Shown here in pieces: positions 26,700 to 35,649 of a stretch of DNA of 64,000 nucleotides. Each line of letters opens with the position of its first letter. Within the stretch, counting starts at the first letter, position 1. The notes under the pieces are model-generated. The model was given only the letters and a program-made list of their open reading frames with translations, was not told the origin of the DNA and did no database searches. Origin of the DNA: Candidatus Heimdallarchaeota archaeon (GTDB taxonomy: Archaea > Asgardarchaeota > Heimdallarchaeia > Hodarchaeales > Hodarchaeaceae); NCBI GenBank assembly GCA_020353515.1, contig CP070695.1, positions 2,738,155-2,802,154 of the forward strand. The letters are read 5' to 3'. Position numbers and translations under genes: made by a program.

Positions 26700-28217
26700 A
26701 TGACATCTAGGTTTCTTCAAGCTATTCGACCGTTCATGTCAATAACTCCAGAAGTCGTCAAACCGACTCGTGAGGTTCACTTCAATGAAAAAGTAGTGTG
26801 GACTTTTGCTGCTTTGGTTATTTATTTTGTAATGGCATCTACTCCGATAATTGGAGCTCAACATGAAGGAGCTGACCCTTTTGCTTTTATGCGTACTATT
26901 ACTGCCTCAACTCAAGGATCACTAGCAGAGCTTGGAATTGGCCCGATAGTAACAGCAGGACTCATTATGCAAATTTTAGTAGGATCTAAAATTATTTCTG
27001 TTAATATGGGAGACCCTGAGGAAAGATCTCTCTATACAGGGGCGCAAAAGGTCATGTCAGTTGCAATGACAATTATTGAAGCAGCTGCATTCTTGATTGG
27101 GGGAACTTATGGAACGAACCTTGATCTTCAGACTCAACTGGCGATCATTGCTCAACTATTAGCAGCAGGTATTATCATCATCCTTCTTGATGAGATGATT
27201 CAGAAAGGTTGGGGATTAGGATCGGGTATTTCTTTGTTCATTGCGGGAGGTGTTGGATTGCAAATTTTTCAAGGATTATTCGCGGCACAGTCCTTTTTGG
27301 AGGGACCAGAACCTGGTGTAACTTCAATGAGAGGAATTGCTCTTGCATTTCTTGCCTGGACAACACGACGAGGTCCCATTGAGGCAATTGGAGCATTATT
27401 TTTCCGTTATAGCCCTGCCGAGAATGTCAATTTACCTTCCCTCTCTCTCCTTTCTGTGATAGCTACTGTAGTTGTGTTCATCATTGTGATATATTTTGAA
27501 TCAATGCGGATTGAAATTCCAATTTCATACGCCCAATACAAAGGAATTCGTTCCACTTATCCGATTAAACTACTCTACGTGTCGAATATTCCTGTCATTT
27601 TAACTTCAGCTGTTTTTGCAGATATTTACTTCATTGCTCAGATGGTTTGGAATGCAAGCGGTGGAACTGGGACATCAAATCCTCTGGCTTTGTTTTTGGG
27701 AACCTTCAGTGTTGATGAAACGTCTCAGCAATATGTCCCTGAAGGTGGCCTTGTATATTTCTTAACTCCACCTCGGTCGCTTGTTGGAGATTTCGGGGTT
27801 CTTAATCTTAGTAGGGGGTTAGAAAGCCTTATGCCCTCCTTATTTCGCGCATTAATTTATGCTATTATCCTGATTGTGCTTTCAGTTATCTTCTCAGTGA
27901 TGTGGTTAGAAACTGCAGGAATGGGCCCTCGGGATGTTGCTAGTCAATTTCTGCAATCAGGAATGCAGATGCCAGGATGGCGACGAAGTAAAAAGATTGT
28001 TGAACGTAGATTAGAAATGTATATTCCTACAATAGCGGTCATAGGTGGATTGTTCATAGGTTCTCTTGCTGCTTTTGCAGATTTCCTAGGAGCAATAGGT
28101 TCTGGAATGGGTATTCTACTCTCGGTCAGTATTATGAGGCAATATTTTGAACTGATAAGCAAGGAAAGAGTCGCAGAGATGAATCCTGCTTTACGTGGTT
28201 TCTTAGGAATAAAATAG
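26700..28217 (+). CDS. secY: Protein translocase SecY/Sec61-alpha
   Basis: GSLAELGIGPIVTAG, LLDEMIQKGWGLGSGISLFI, YPIKLLYVSNIPVIL, GAIGSGMGILL. Confidence 0.97.
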   Translation: MTSRFLQAIRPFMSITPEVVKPTREVHFNEKVVWTFAALVIYFVMASTPIIGAQHEGADPFAFMRTITASTQGSLAELGIGPIVTAGLIMQILVGSKIISVNMGDPEERSLYTGAQKVMSVAMTIIEAAAFLIGGTYGTNLDLQTQLAIIAQLLAAGIIIILLDEMIQKGWGLGSGISLFIAGGVGLQIFQGLFAAQSFLEGPEPGVTSMRGIALAFLAWTTRRGPIEAIGALFFRYSPAENVNLPSLSLLSVIATVVVFIIVIYFESMRIEIPISYAQYKGIRSTYPIKLLYVSNIPVILTSAVFADIYFIAQMVWNASGGTGTSNPLALFLGTFSVDETSQQYVPEGGLVYFLTPPRSLVGDFGVLNLSRGLESLMPSLFRALIYAIILIVLSVIFSVMWLETAGMGPRDVASQFLQSGMQMPGWRRSKKIVERRLEMYIPTIAVIGGLFIGSLAAFADFLGAIGSGMGILLSVSIMRQYFELISKERVAEMNPALRGFLGIK

Positions 28218-28247
28218 ATTTTTATAAATGCGTTTCGATGTTTTTGT

Positions 28248-29027
28248 CTAGTTATCATTTAGATGAATCTGAATCCGATCTCCTGGAGAAATATCTAAAA
28301 TATCCGAGGCTTTTCCACCACGTAGAGCTATTTCTAAGGTATTGAAACTATTTGCTAGAAGAAAGGGATTTTTATCGGATCCTTCAAAATAACTTCGTCT
28401 AAAACTCACAATTATTTCAATTTGTGTTGTTGTCAGCAGATACTCCTTACTAAATTTCAGATTCATTGAAGCCGGGAGATTAGTAACAATATTTCCAAAA
28501 TGATCGATGAAAATCACTTCCCCCGAGGATGTTCTAGGATCCCAAAAAAATCGAAGGGGAGTTTGTAAGGTACTTTGTGAACCTAGATCTGTTAATAAAT
28601 AGGTCTGGCTAAGAATGCCAGCCGCAGGAGCGAATACATCCCGTCCATGAAACGTATACGAAGCATCATCAGGAATTGGAATTTCCACGATCGTTGCGTC
28701 CTCAAATTTAGAGAGGATGGGTGATAGAACACCATTATCTGGCCCAATGAAGTAATAATCCTTTATATGGGCTCCAATTGCTTTTCTGGAACCACCAACT
28801 CCAGGATCAACAACAATTAAGAAGATCGTATTGTGTGGAAAATATTTGTAAGATTTAAATAAAATAAATGCGCCTTGTCGTATATCATGGTTTTGAATAT
28901 GGTTGGTAAGTGAAATTATATTAACTGATGGATTTATTTGAAGTATCCGCCCTTTTATTACTCCTGTATAGGGATCATTACCAAAATCTGTCATTAAAAC
29001 GATGAGGGGAGGTTGATAGGGATTCAT
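28248..29027 (-). CDS. SAM hydrolase / SAM-dependent halogenase family (DUF62)
   Basis: LMTDFG, VVDPGVG, GPDNG, TFHGRDVFAP, DHFGN. Confidence 0.92.
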   Translation of the reverse strand: MNPYQPPLIVLMTDFGNDPYTGVIKGRILQINPSVNIISLTNHIQNHDIRQGAFILFKSYKYFPHNTIFLIVVDPGVGGSRKAIGAHIKDYYFIGPDNGVLSPILSKFEDATIVEIPIPDDASYTFHGRDVFAPAAGILSQTYLLTDLGSQSTLQTPLRFFWDPRTSSGEVIFIDHFGNIVTNLPASMNLKFSKEYLLTTTQIEIIVSFRRSYFEGSDKNPFLLANSFNTLEIALRGGKASDILDISPGDRIQIHLNDN

Positions 29028-29103
29028 GCTATAACACTACCTTTTTCTACACTTCTTATGGAATATCTTGAAACTCTCTCTCTTAAAAACCTCTCTCCTT
29101 GAT

Positions 29104-30483
29104 TCAATTTTCCAACTTAACTGGATTTTTTGCTATTATTAATACTAAAATACCCAAAAAGCTCATTAAAAACAAAAATAACAAAGTGTCAACGAAATTA
29201 GAAGATTCTAATATTATCCCGATAAGTCCAAACCCTATTATAGAAATAATTAAATTGATCGTATTGTATAGTGATTCCTGTGAACTTCGTTTTTCAGAAG
29301 AAGTGATTTGATAGTACAATTGCCAATATAAACTGGTAGCTAAACCACTTAATATGATTTTTAAGAAAAATATGAAGATAATCAAACTTAGCTTGATTAG
29401 AGACGTGAAGTCCGCTATTAAAACTAATATGTAAGCCATCCATACAACTGGATAGTTTAGAATATAAAATACAATAATCCCCCTATAAGCAGATTTAATG
29501 AAAGAGGTCATTTTTCCTGATAAGCGACTGAAAATCGCAAAAATCACGTTTGAGAGAGAAATAGTTAAAGTTATGATTAAAAGAGATAGAGTTGTAAATT
29601 GAATAACAAAATCATTTTGATTAAAGGTTTGGTTAGATGAATAAATTTCATATAAGAGAGGAGAAAAGACCAAAGTATTAAACGATATTGCTGTGAAACT
29701 TAAAATTGAAAAACCAATAAAGAATGGGATAACAGATACATAATTTCTCCATAAATTGTTTAAGAGTGTTGGAAATCTAGATGAGCTAGGGTTTTGATTT
29801 TCACATGAATTTTTCACATCTTTACGGAAGACTTTTTTTTCATTTTTCGGCATGGAAATGAATTTTAAACCTAATATAACTCCCAATGCAGCAATAAGAG
29901 CTTGTATTAAGAAAAGAAATTGAGGTATAATCCGATATTGTTGAAGTAGGATTCCTCCAACGAATGTTGCTAATGCAACAATAATTGATTTAGCAAAACT
30001 GATATTTCCCATTATATTCCGAAATAATAATCCAAATTCAGAAGATTTTGGGGCAATGTTTTCCCATGAATTAAGAAACCATGAAATAAATGACCCTGAT
30101 ATGAGTGCAGAGTAAATTCCCACTAGAATTTCTAAAAGAATTAGGTGAATGGGATAAGCTGCAAAAATTAAACCAAGATAGTAGAACATCAAACAAAATA
30201 ATGCTCCGCAGAATGCCATTCTTTGTCCATAATGATCTGTTAAAATACCAAGGGGTACATCAAGGATTGCACCAGCCAACATACCAATTACAACAATGAT
30301 GCTAAAAGCGCTAAAAGAATCTAAAACCGAAAGATAATAAAGCGAGATCCATGAATAACTTAAATAAATTCCAGAAACTACAATCTGTAAGCTTAAAAAC
30401 TTTAAGCTTAAATTCTGTAATTCTTTCGGGAATGTTGATATCCCAAGAATTGAATGTATAAATGCGATCCATATCCCATCCAA
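29104..30483 (-). CDS. MFS transporter
   Basis: About 12 TM segments; DVPLGILTDHYGQR motif A; ALISG. Confidence 0.82.
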   Translation of the reverse strand: MDGIWIAFIHSILGISTFPKELQNLSLKFLSLQIVVSGIYLSYSWISLYYLSVLDSFSAFSIIVVIGMLAGAILDVPLGILTDHYGQRMAFCGALFCLMFYYLGLIFAAYPIHLILLEILVGIYSALISGSFISWFLNSWENIAPKSSEFGLLFRNIMGNISFAKSIIVALATFVGGILLQQYRIIPQFLFLIQALIAALGVILGLKFISMPKNEKKVFRKDVKNSCENQNPSSSRFPTLLNNLWRNYVSVIPFFIGFSILSFTAISFNTLVFSPLLYEIYSSNQTFNQNDFVIQFTTLSLLIITLTISLSNVIFAIFSRLSGKMTSFIKSAYRGIIVFYILNYPVVWMAYILVLIADFTSLIKLSLIIFIFFLKIILSGLATSLYWQLYYQITSSEKRSSQESLYNTINLIISIIGFGLIGIILESSNFVDTLLFLFLMSFLGILVLIIAKNPVKLEN

Positions 30484-30484
30484 T

Positions 30485-31864
30485 CTAATATGTGGAAGAG
30501 ATCTTCTTAGCTATGCTTGTTACTGCACTGAAATTAACAATAGGAAACTTTTGGGAATTTATTTCCCCACCTGACATCACAATCAAGAAAGGGATTTCTC
30601 TGAAATGATTGGAATATTTTTCAACAAATTCCCCATACTTATCCCCGATAATCATTGATCGGTTTGCACATTCGAAAAGTAAACCAAATGAGGTATCAGG
30701 GGTGATTGTTTTTTTTAATGTCTCATCTAACATATCCTCAATCAATGTAGCGCTTTGATCACAAATAAATGCCTTATAATGGTGGGGATCTTTAGCATGT
30801 AATTTATTCACAACCTGATTAGGTGCAGTAACAAGAGCATGGTTAAGATTTGGATTCATTGATACAGCATAAGTGTTCTGATTATTCTCATCATCAATGA
30901 CACATAGAGGCCTAAAAGGGTGATAATAGAAGTATTTTCGAGTGTTTTCTTCTAGAACATCTTGGGTTTCAGTCATGTCAATGAGTTCTAAGAGGGCATC
31001 ACGGCCCCATTTTCCATTAGCTTTTGTTATGAATCCACCACCAATAGCACTATCGACTTCAAAGCTCTTTGTAGGCATGATTTTTGCACCAGAGTCAGTT
31101 CTACTTTCAAATCGTAATTCTGGAGAGCTGATTGACACATATGTTAATGAGTCTTTGTAAGCCTTATAATTACAAAACTGGTAGGTTTTCTCCAAGGTCA
31201 ATGGATCAGCGCCAAAGGTTCCTGTGTAGTGTATGCCTTTTTCATGAAGTTTTGTAAATAAAGGCCATGATGAGGAATAAGAAATGCCCATGCCAAGGAG
31301 ATTCATAAAAAACTCCATAAACGGTCCAGTTACAGAGGGGAGAAGAGAGAACTTCCTCCATACTCTACTATTTAAAGCAAAGAAGGGGTTCAAACCTTCT
31401 ATCTTATGATCCATTAAATTGGCCATGGCTTTAGGAAATCCGAGGCCAGGGGGACAGAAAATATGAGTAGTATTAGAACCATCTGTTTTACTGGCTTGTT
31501 TTATAGTCTTTTCACAGTTTTTGACTACTTTTCGTGTTTTAAGGCGATTACAAATCCGAAACCGTTTTATGACGTAACTTTTAGCTTTGATACCAGATAA
31601 AAGCATGATTCCTACTCCTTTTATCCCATAATCATCCTTTGTTGCCATTCCAACACCAGAACATCCTCCCAACGGAACTTCTAGGTACTTCTCTCGAATT
31701 GTAGCTAATGAATTATTATATACTTTAGCGCCCCCAGGGTGACAACCAGTGAAGTATAAAATCAAATCTGGTTTCTTTTGTAACCTAGATTCAGCTTGTC
31801 TCAAGGCTTTTATTGTGGCCTGCATTAAATCATGATTAATATTTATACCTACAGCAGCTTTCAC
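30485..31864 (-). CDS. FIST-domain sensory protein
   Basis: PDLILYF, VPLGGCSG (FIST-N); LLFECANR, PF....GGEI, NFS (FIST-C). Confidence 0.8.
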   Translation of the reverse strand: MKAAVGININHDLMQATIKALRQAESRLQKKPDLILYFTGCHPGGAKVYNNSLATIREKYLEVPLGGCSGVGMATKDDYGIKGVGIMLLSGIKAKSYVIKRFRICNRLKTRKVVKNCEKTIKQASKTDGSNTTHIFCPPGLGFPKAMANLMDHKIEGLNPFFALNSRVWRKFSLLPSVTGPFMEFFMNLLGMGISYSSSWPLFTKLHEKGIHYTGTFGADPLTLEKTYQFCNYKAYKDSLTYVSISSPELRFESRTDSGAKIMPTKSFEVDSAIGGGFITKANGKWGRDALLELIDMTETQDVLEENTRKYFYYHPFRPLCVIDDENNQNTYAVSMNPNLNHALVTAPNQVVNKLHAKDPHHYKAFICDQSATLIEDMLDETLKKTITPDTSFGLLFECANRSMIIGDKYGEFVEKYSNHFREIPFLIVMSGGEINSQKFPIVNFSAVTSIAKKISSTY

Positions 31865-31898
31865 TTCAGGACCTCCTTGACGAGAATAATTTTCCTCC

Positions 31899-32360
31899 TC
31901 AACCTAAGAGTCGTTTCTCGTCAATAATCCAACCCAATCGTTTTGCAGTTCGACTCATCTCAATTTCCATTAGCCCAGTATTCGCTTTTGAATCTAAGAG
32001 AGTCACTAGAATACTCGATCTTCCTGCAAGATAAAAATAGACTGGAATCGTTAGTTTTGGATTAATCTCTTTATCATATTTTACTGACCTTGAACCTCGT
32101 TGAAGTTCCTCTGTTGTCTTAGAAATAATATTTCTAACCCAACTAACAACAATTAACACCGTTTCAGAAGAATCTTCTTGATACTGAGATTCTAGAACTC
32201 GTCCATCAACTCGAAAGAGTAATACAGCTTGCACATTTTCAAACTCAGCTAAATGTCCGATCTCTTCGCCAATTGAATTCACAACTGCTGATAAAGGCGA
32301 GACTGAGAGTATATTATTAATCTGGAGTTCTTGAGAAGGCATACTATCTTGAGATATCAT
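31899..32360 (-). CDS. Roadblock/LC7 (profilin-like fold) protein
   Basis: VQAVLLFRVDGRVLES ... ILVTLLDSKANTGLMEIEM pattern. Confidence 0.75.
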   Translation of the reverse strand: MISQDSMPSQELQINNILSVSPLSAVVNSIGEEIGHLAEFENVQAVLLFRVDGRVLESQYQEDSSETVLIVVSWVRNIISKTTEELQRGSRSVKYDKEINPKLTIPVYFYLAGRSSILVTLLDSKANTGLMEIEMSRTAKRLGWIIDEKRLLG

Positions 32361-33090
32361 ATACTAACAACCCTTTACTTTTCTCAAATCCAATAGGTTG
32401 AGGTGCTTCTGCATGACCAGATCCTCTGAACTTGCGAATACTTAGCGTTCTATTGTAAATTCCACCCAATCCAATGTGTTCTAATTCGATAATTGAATCA
32501 GATAAGAATAGTGGAATTCTTGCAAGAGTTTTTCCAAATCCTCTCTCGATTGTAACAATAGATGTTCCAATCTTTCTTAACGAAGAGAAAATTCTATTTA
32601 TCACGTTTCTCTGCTGGTTTGCTTCTGGGATTTCTAGAAGTAAAGGAGTAAGAGGATCGATAGCTATTCGAATACCTCCATGATAACCCTCTGCTGTTTC
32701 TTTGATCACTTCAAGATACTTTGGTAATTCAGACATAAAAAATCGTAAGGCAATTTCACCAGAAGTCAAGTCTGAATCTTCAGAAAAAGCAACTTGGAAT
32801 TGGAGATTTCCTCGTTTATACTTCTCCTCAAATTGTGTTAAACCTATATCCTTACAGTCCTGGAGTACAGAATTTAGATGTTGTTCTAAGGAGACGTACA
32901 ATGCTGGTGAATGGGGATCTTTGGAACAAAATTGCCAGCAAAATGTGGATTTACCACATCCAGGATCAGCAATGATTACATTAACCGAATTTTTCCGAAG
33001 GCCTCCAAAGACTAGATTATCAAACCCAGGAACACCACTTAATATCCTTTCATATTCTTGTTTTTCCATTTTTCTTAATAGTTTTTGCAT
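32344..33090 (-). CDS. KaiC/RAD55-like single-domain ATPase
   Basis: SGVPGFD, ADPGCGKS, YVSLEQ, IAIDP, SDSIIEL, IRKFRGS.H. Confidence 0.88.
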   Translation of the reverse strand: MQKLLRKMEKQEYERILSGVPGFDNLVFGGLRKNSVNVIIADPGCGKSTFCWQFCSKDPHSPALYVSLEQHLNSVLQDCKDIGLTQFEEKYKRGNLQFQVAFSEDSDLTSGEIALRFFMSELPKYLEVIKETAEGYHGGIRIAIDPLTPLLLEIPEANQQRNVINRIFSSLRKIGTSIVTIERGFGKTLARIPLFLSDSIIELEHIGLGGIYNRTLSIRKFRGSGHAEAPQPIGFEKSKGLLVYDISR

Positions 33091-33100
33091 TTAATTCACC

Positions 33101-33703
33101 TTAAGAGATTAATAGATGTTTTGAGATTTTTAATGATGAATCTGGAGAGAAAATTTCCTCCCTTTTCTTATAATTCTGAACAAATTCAATTATTGTTTCA
33201 AAAATCTCCATTACAGAGAGTACATCTTTTGATGAACATTTAAATGAAGAAACACACTGAAATTTCTTCTGAAAAGCTGTCAAATCGATTTCTCTTTCTT
33301 CAGAAGAAGCAATATCTGATTTTGTTCCAATTAAAAATCTAGGTACATGAGGCTCAATGAAGGTCAACCACTCGGGAATCGAAAATAGGGATGATAAATC
33401 TGTCAGATCAAAACATAAGAGTGCAACGTCAGAACCTCTACAAAATTCTTTAAATACCCCCATGTTCTTGAATTGGTCTTGTCCTCCTAGATCCCAAATT
33501 TGAACCTTACCACAAGGTTTTTTATGGTCAGAAAATATTTTTGAATGAAATTCAATTGCAATTGTCTGTCTGGTATCTCTAAAAAATGAATTGTTTATGA
33601 ATGTCTTTGATATCGTGGTTTTTCCAACGCCACCTTCACCTAAGATGACTATTTTCAAAGGTTTCACACTATTTGGGGGGATTAACCTCATGAGACACAC
33701 CAA
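33101..33703 (-). CDS. Ras-superfamily (Rab-like) small GTPase
   Basis: G1 GEGGVGKT, G2 TIAIEF, G3 WDLGGQ, G4 TKSD, G5 CSSK; no C-terminal prenylation Cys. Confidence 0.92.
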   Translation of the reverse strand: MVCLMRLIPPNSVKPLKIVILGEGGVGKTTISKTFINNSFFRDTRQTIAIEFHSKIFSDHKKPCGKVQIWDLGGQDQFKNMGVFKEFCRGSDVALLCFDLTDLSSLFSIPEWLTFIEPHVPRFLIGTKSDIASSEEREIDLTAFQKKFQCVSSFKCSSKDVLSVMEIFETIIEFVQNYKKREEIFSPDSSLKISKHLLIS

Positions 33704-33762
33704 TACTTCCAGTATTACATTATATTTTAATTACCCAAAAATCATAATTTATGAACTAATTT

Positions 33763-34020
33763 TTGGGAGGTTATAAGATGGAAAGAAAGCAAAAAATTGG
33801 TGAAATCATGAAATTTTTTTTCAGGAAAAAAAAGGCTTTTTCTTTGATGAGGATGTGTAGGTTTAAAAGAAGAGGATCACCTTTAGTTGAAGAAGGAATA
33901 TTAATTGGATTGAGTCTTTTTGGCTTTTTACTCATTTTATCAATTGTTACTGGAGTTCTTGATTGGCTTCTAGTTAATGCTGATGAGTTACTCAAGGAAT
34001 TAGGATCCTTATTTTCCTAG
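33763..34020 (+). CDS. Putative Flp/type IV pilin-like protein (class III signal peptide; true start probably downstream)
   Basis: KRRG|SPLVEEG followed by hydrophobic helix ILIGLSLFGFLLILSIV. Confidence 0.6.
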   Translation: MGGYKMERKQKIGEIMKFFFRKKKAFSLMRMCRFKRRGSPLVEEGILIGLSLFGFLLILSIVTGVLDWLLVNADELLKELGSLFS

Positions 34021-34066
34021 TTAGCGATTTCTTTAACTAACTTTTTCTGCAAAAAAAAGTGCAATG

Positions 34067-34171
34067 TGGACCGAGTGGGATTTGGACCCACGACCTCCTG
34101 ATGTCTTGAGCAGAAGCTAGTAGCTGTCTGTTTGCAAGCCAGGCGCTACTTCCAGGCTGAGCTATCGGCCC
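34067..34171 (-). tRNA. tRNA-Ala(TGC) with 30-nt intron at 37/38
   Basis: GGGCCGA/TCGGTCC with G3:U70, CCTGG-CTTGCA|A-TCAGG, BHB central helix CTTG/CAAG; T-loop reads TCCAAAT. Confidence 0.92.
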
Positions 34172-34214
34172 TAAATACTCAATGTCGTTAAGAAATGATT
34201 TTCTTAAAAAAGTT

Positions 34215-34781
34215 TCAATTTTCGTCGAGATGCCGTTTTTTCCAAATTCTTAGAGGTTCCTGTTTAGACTTAAATCGTAATTGTTCTAAATAACGATAGA
34301 CTGTACTATGTTTTGAACCATGAACTAATTGCATGATAGCTTCTCGCGCATTTCTAATGTCTGAAATTTCTCCAATGAGTGAAACTTGATTTCCAAAAAT
34401 AGAAATTAAGACTTCTGTACTAGCTTCAATCATCTTTCTTGCTTTCCCCTTTTCACCAATAATTCGTGACTTTATTCTTTTAACAGTGTTTTTTGATCCT
34501 CCGAGTTCAATTGTCTCCAAAAAAATATTATCGTCTAATAGATTGAAAGCTTTTTCAGCACTGAATCCTTTACCGATTGCTTTTATTATATCGCGGGCTT
34601 TCCAAACAGATGTTGGATCTGTTACATCTGATGTTGATGATATATGAACTGAACCATCTTCACTGTTAATCTGTATAGAAACACCTGTAAAAGATTCTAT
34701 TTCAGATTTCACGATACCTTTTTTCCCAATAACGACCCCAATTCGACTTTTAGGAATTTTCAAGCGACTTTCTATTACCAT
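34215..34781 (-). CDS. KH-domain rRNA processing protein Dim2/Pno1
   Basis: RIGVVIGKKG, AIGKGFS.EKA, RIIGEKGK, GSKHSTVY. Confidence 0.93.
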   Translation of the reverse strand: MVIESRLKIPKSRIGVVIGKKGIVKSEIESFTGVSIQINSEDGSVHISSTSDVTDPTSVWKARDIIKAIGKGFSAEKAFNLLDDNIFLETIELGGSKNTVKRIKSRIIGEKGKARKMIEASTEVLISIFGNQVSLIGEISDIRNAREAIMQLVHGSKHSTVYRYLEQLRFKSKQEPLRIWKKRHLDEN

Positions 34782-34806
34782 TCGGGTTTTTTCACCTTAA
34801 GGGCTC

Positions 34807-35649
34807 CTATTGATCAACTGATATAAGGTTTTTATCTGGAAAATCCTTGATGATTTCATCAAATAGTTCTTTAGCGTTAGGAACCTCAAAATCCTTTCCA
34901 GAAAAAAAAGATAGAATATTTTTCAGATCTCGCATTAAAAATTCAAAAGCTTTGGGATGAGTAACCACAACACTTTGACTCATGTCTATGAAATATGGGG
35001 TATTCTCTCCAAATAAAATGTTAAAAGGCGATAGATCAGCATGTACTAGACCTGCTCGTTGAAAGAGGAGTTTTGTTTGACTCAGTATTTGATTCAAAGT
35101 TTGTTGTGTAATAGCTTCTGGAGTGTATTTCAGCAAAGGATATGGTTCTCCATCTTTTCCAAGAAGTTCCATTAGCAAGATGTTATTCTTTATTAAAATT
35201 GGTTTTGGAACGTAGATTCCTGCTAATGAACTTCTTTCGAGATTGCTATATTCTTTCTCCGCCCACAGGTAGATAATTTGCCGTGTCTTCTTGCTATATT
35301 TTCTAAACCTTCTATCACCATGAATATAACGAACAATTCGTTTGAAATTAAGTGTACTTGTGCGAAATATTTTAACAACAATTGGTGATGTAATTGAGTA
35401 CGCATTACAATATTCTTTCCCCTCTGATCCAAGCTCAGCTAAAAAAACACCAGCTTCTTTGCCAGAAGCAATGGTTCCAGTAATTGAACTGAGAAATCCT
35501 CTGGTTTGCAATCGTTTTAGCTGTTTAGCAGTATTCAGATCTATTACTGCATCCACAGTCTTAAAATCTTCAGATCTTTTCTTTTTTTTTCTCCATCGGT
35601 CTTCATTTCGACCTACTATTTCCCATATCTTTTTATCATCTGGTTTCAT
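34807..35649 (-). CDS. rio1: RIO1 atypical Ser/Thr kinase
   Basis: SGKEAGVF, WAEKEYSNL, LVHADLSPFNIL, FIDMSQSV. Confidence 0.94.
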   Translation of the reverse strand: MKPDDKKIWEIVGRNEDRWRKKKKRSEDFKTVDAVIDLNTAKQLKRLQTRGFLSSITGTIASGKEAGVFLAELGSEGKEYCNAYSITSPIVVKIFRTSTLNFKRIVRYIHGDRRFRKYSKKTRQIIYLWAEKEYSNLERSSLAGIYVPKPILIKNNILLMELLGKDGEPYPLLKYTPEAITQQTLNQILSQTKLLFQRAGLVHADLSPFNILFGENTPYFIDMSQSVVVTHPKAFEFLMRDLKNILSFFSGKDFEVPNAKELFDEIIKDFPDKNLISVDQ

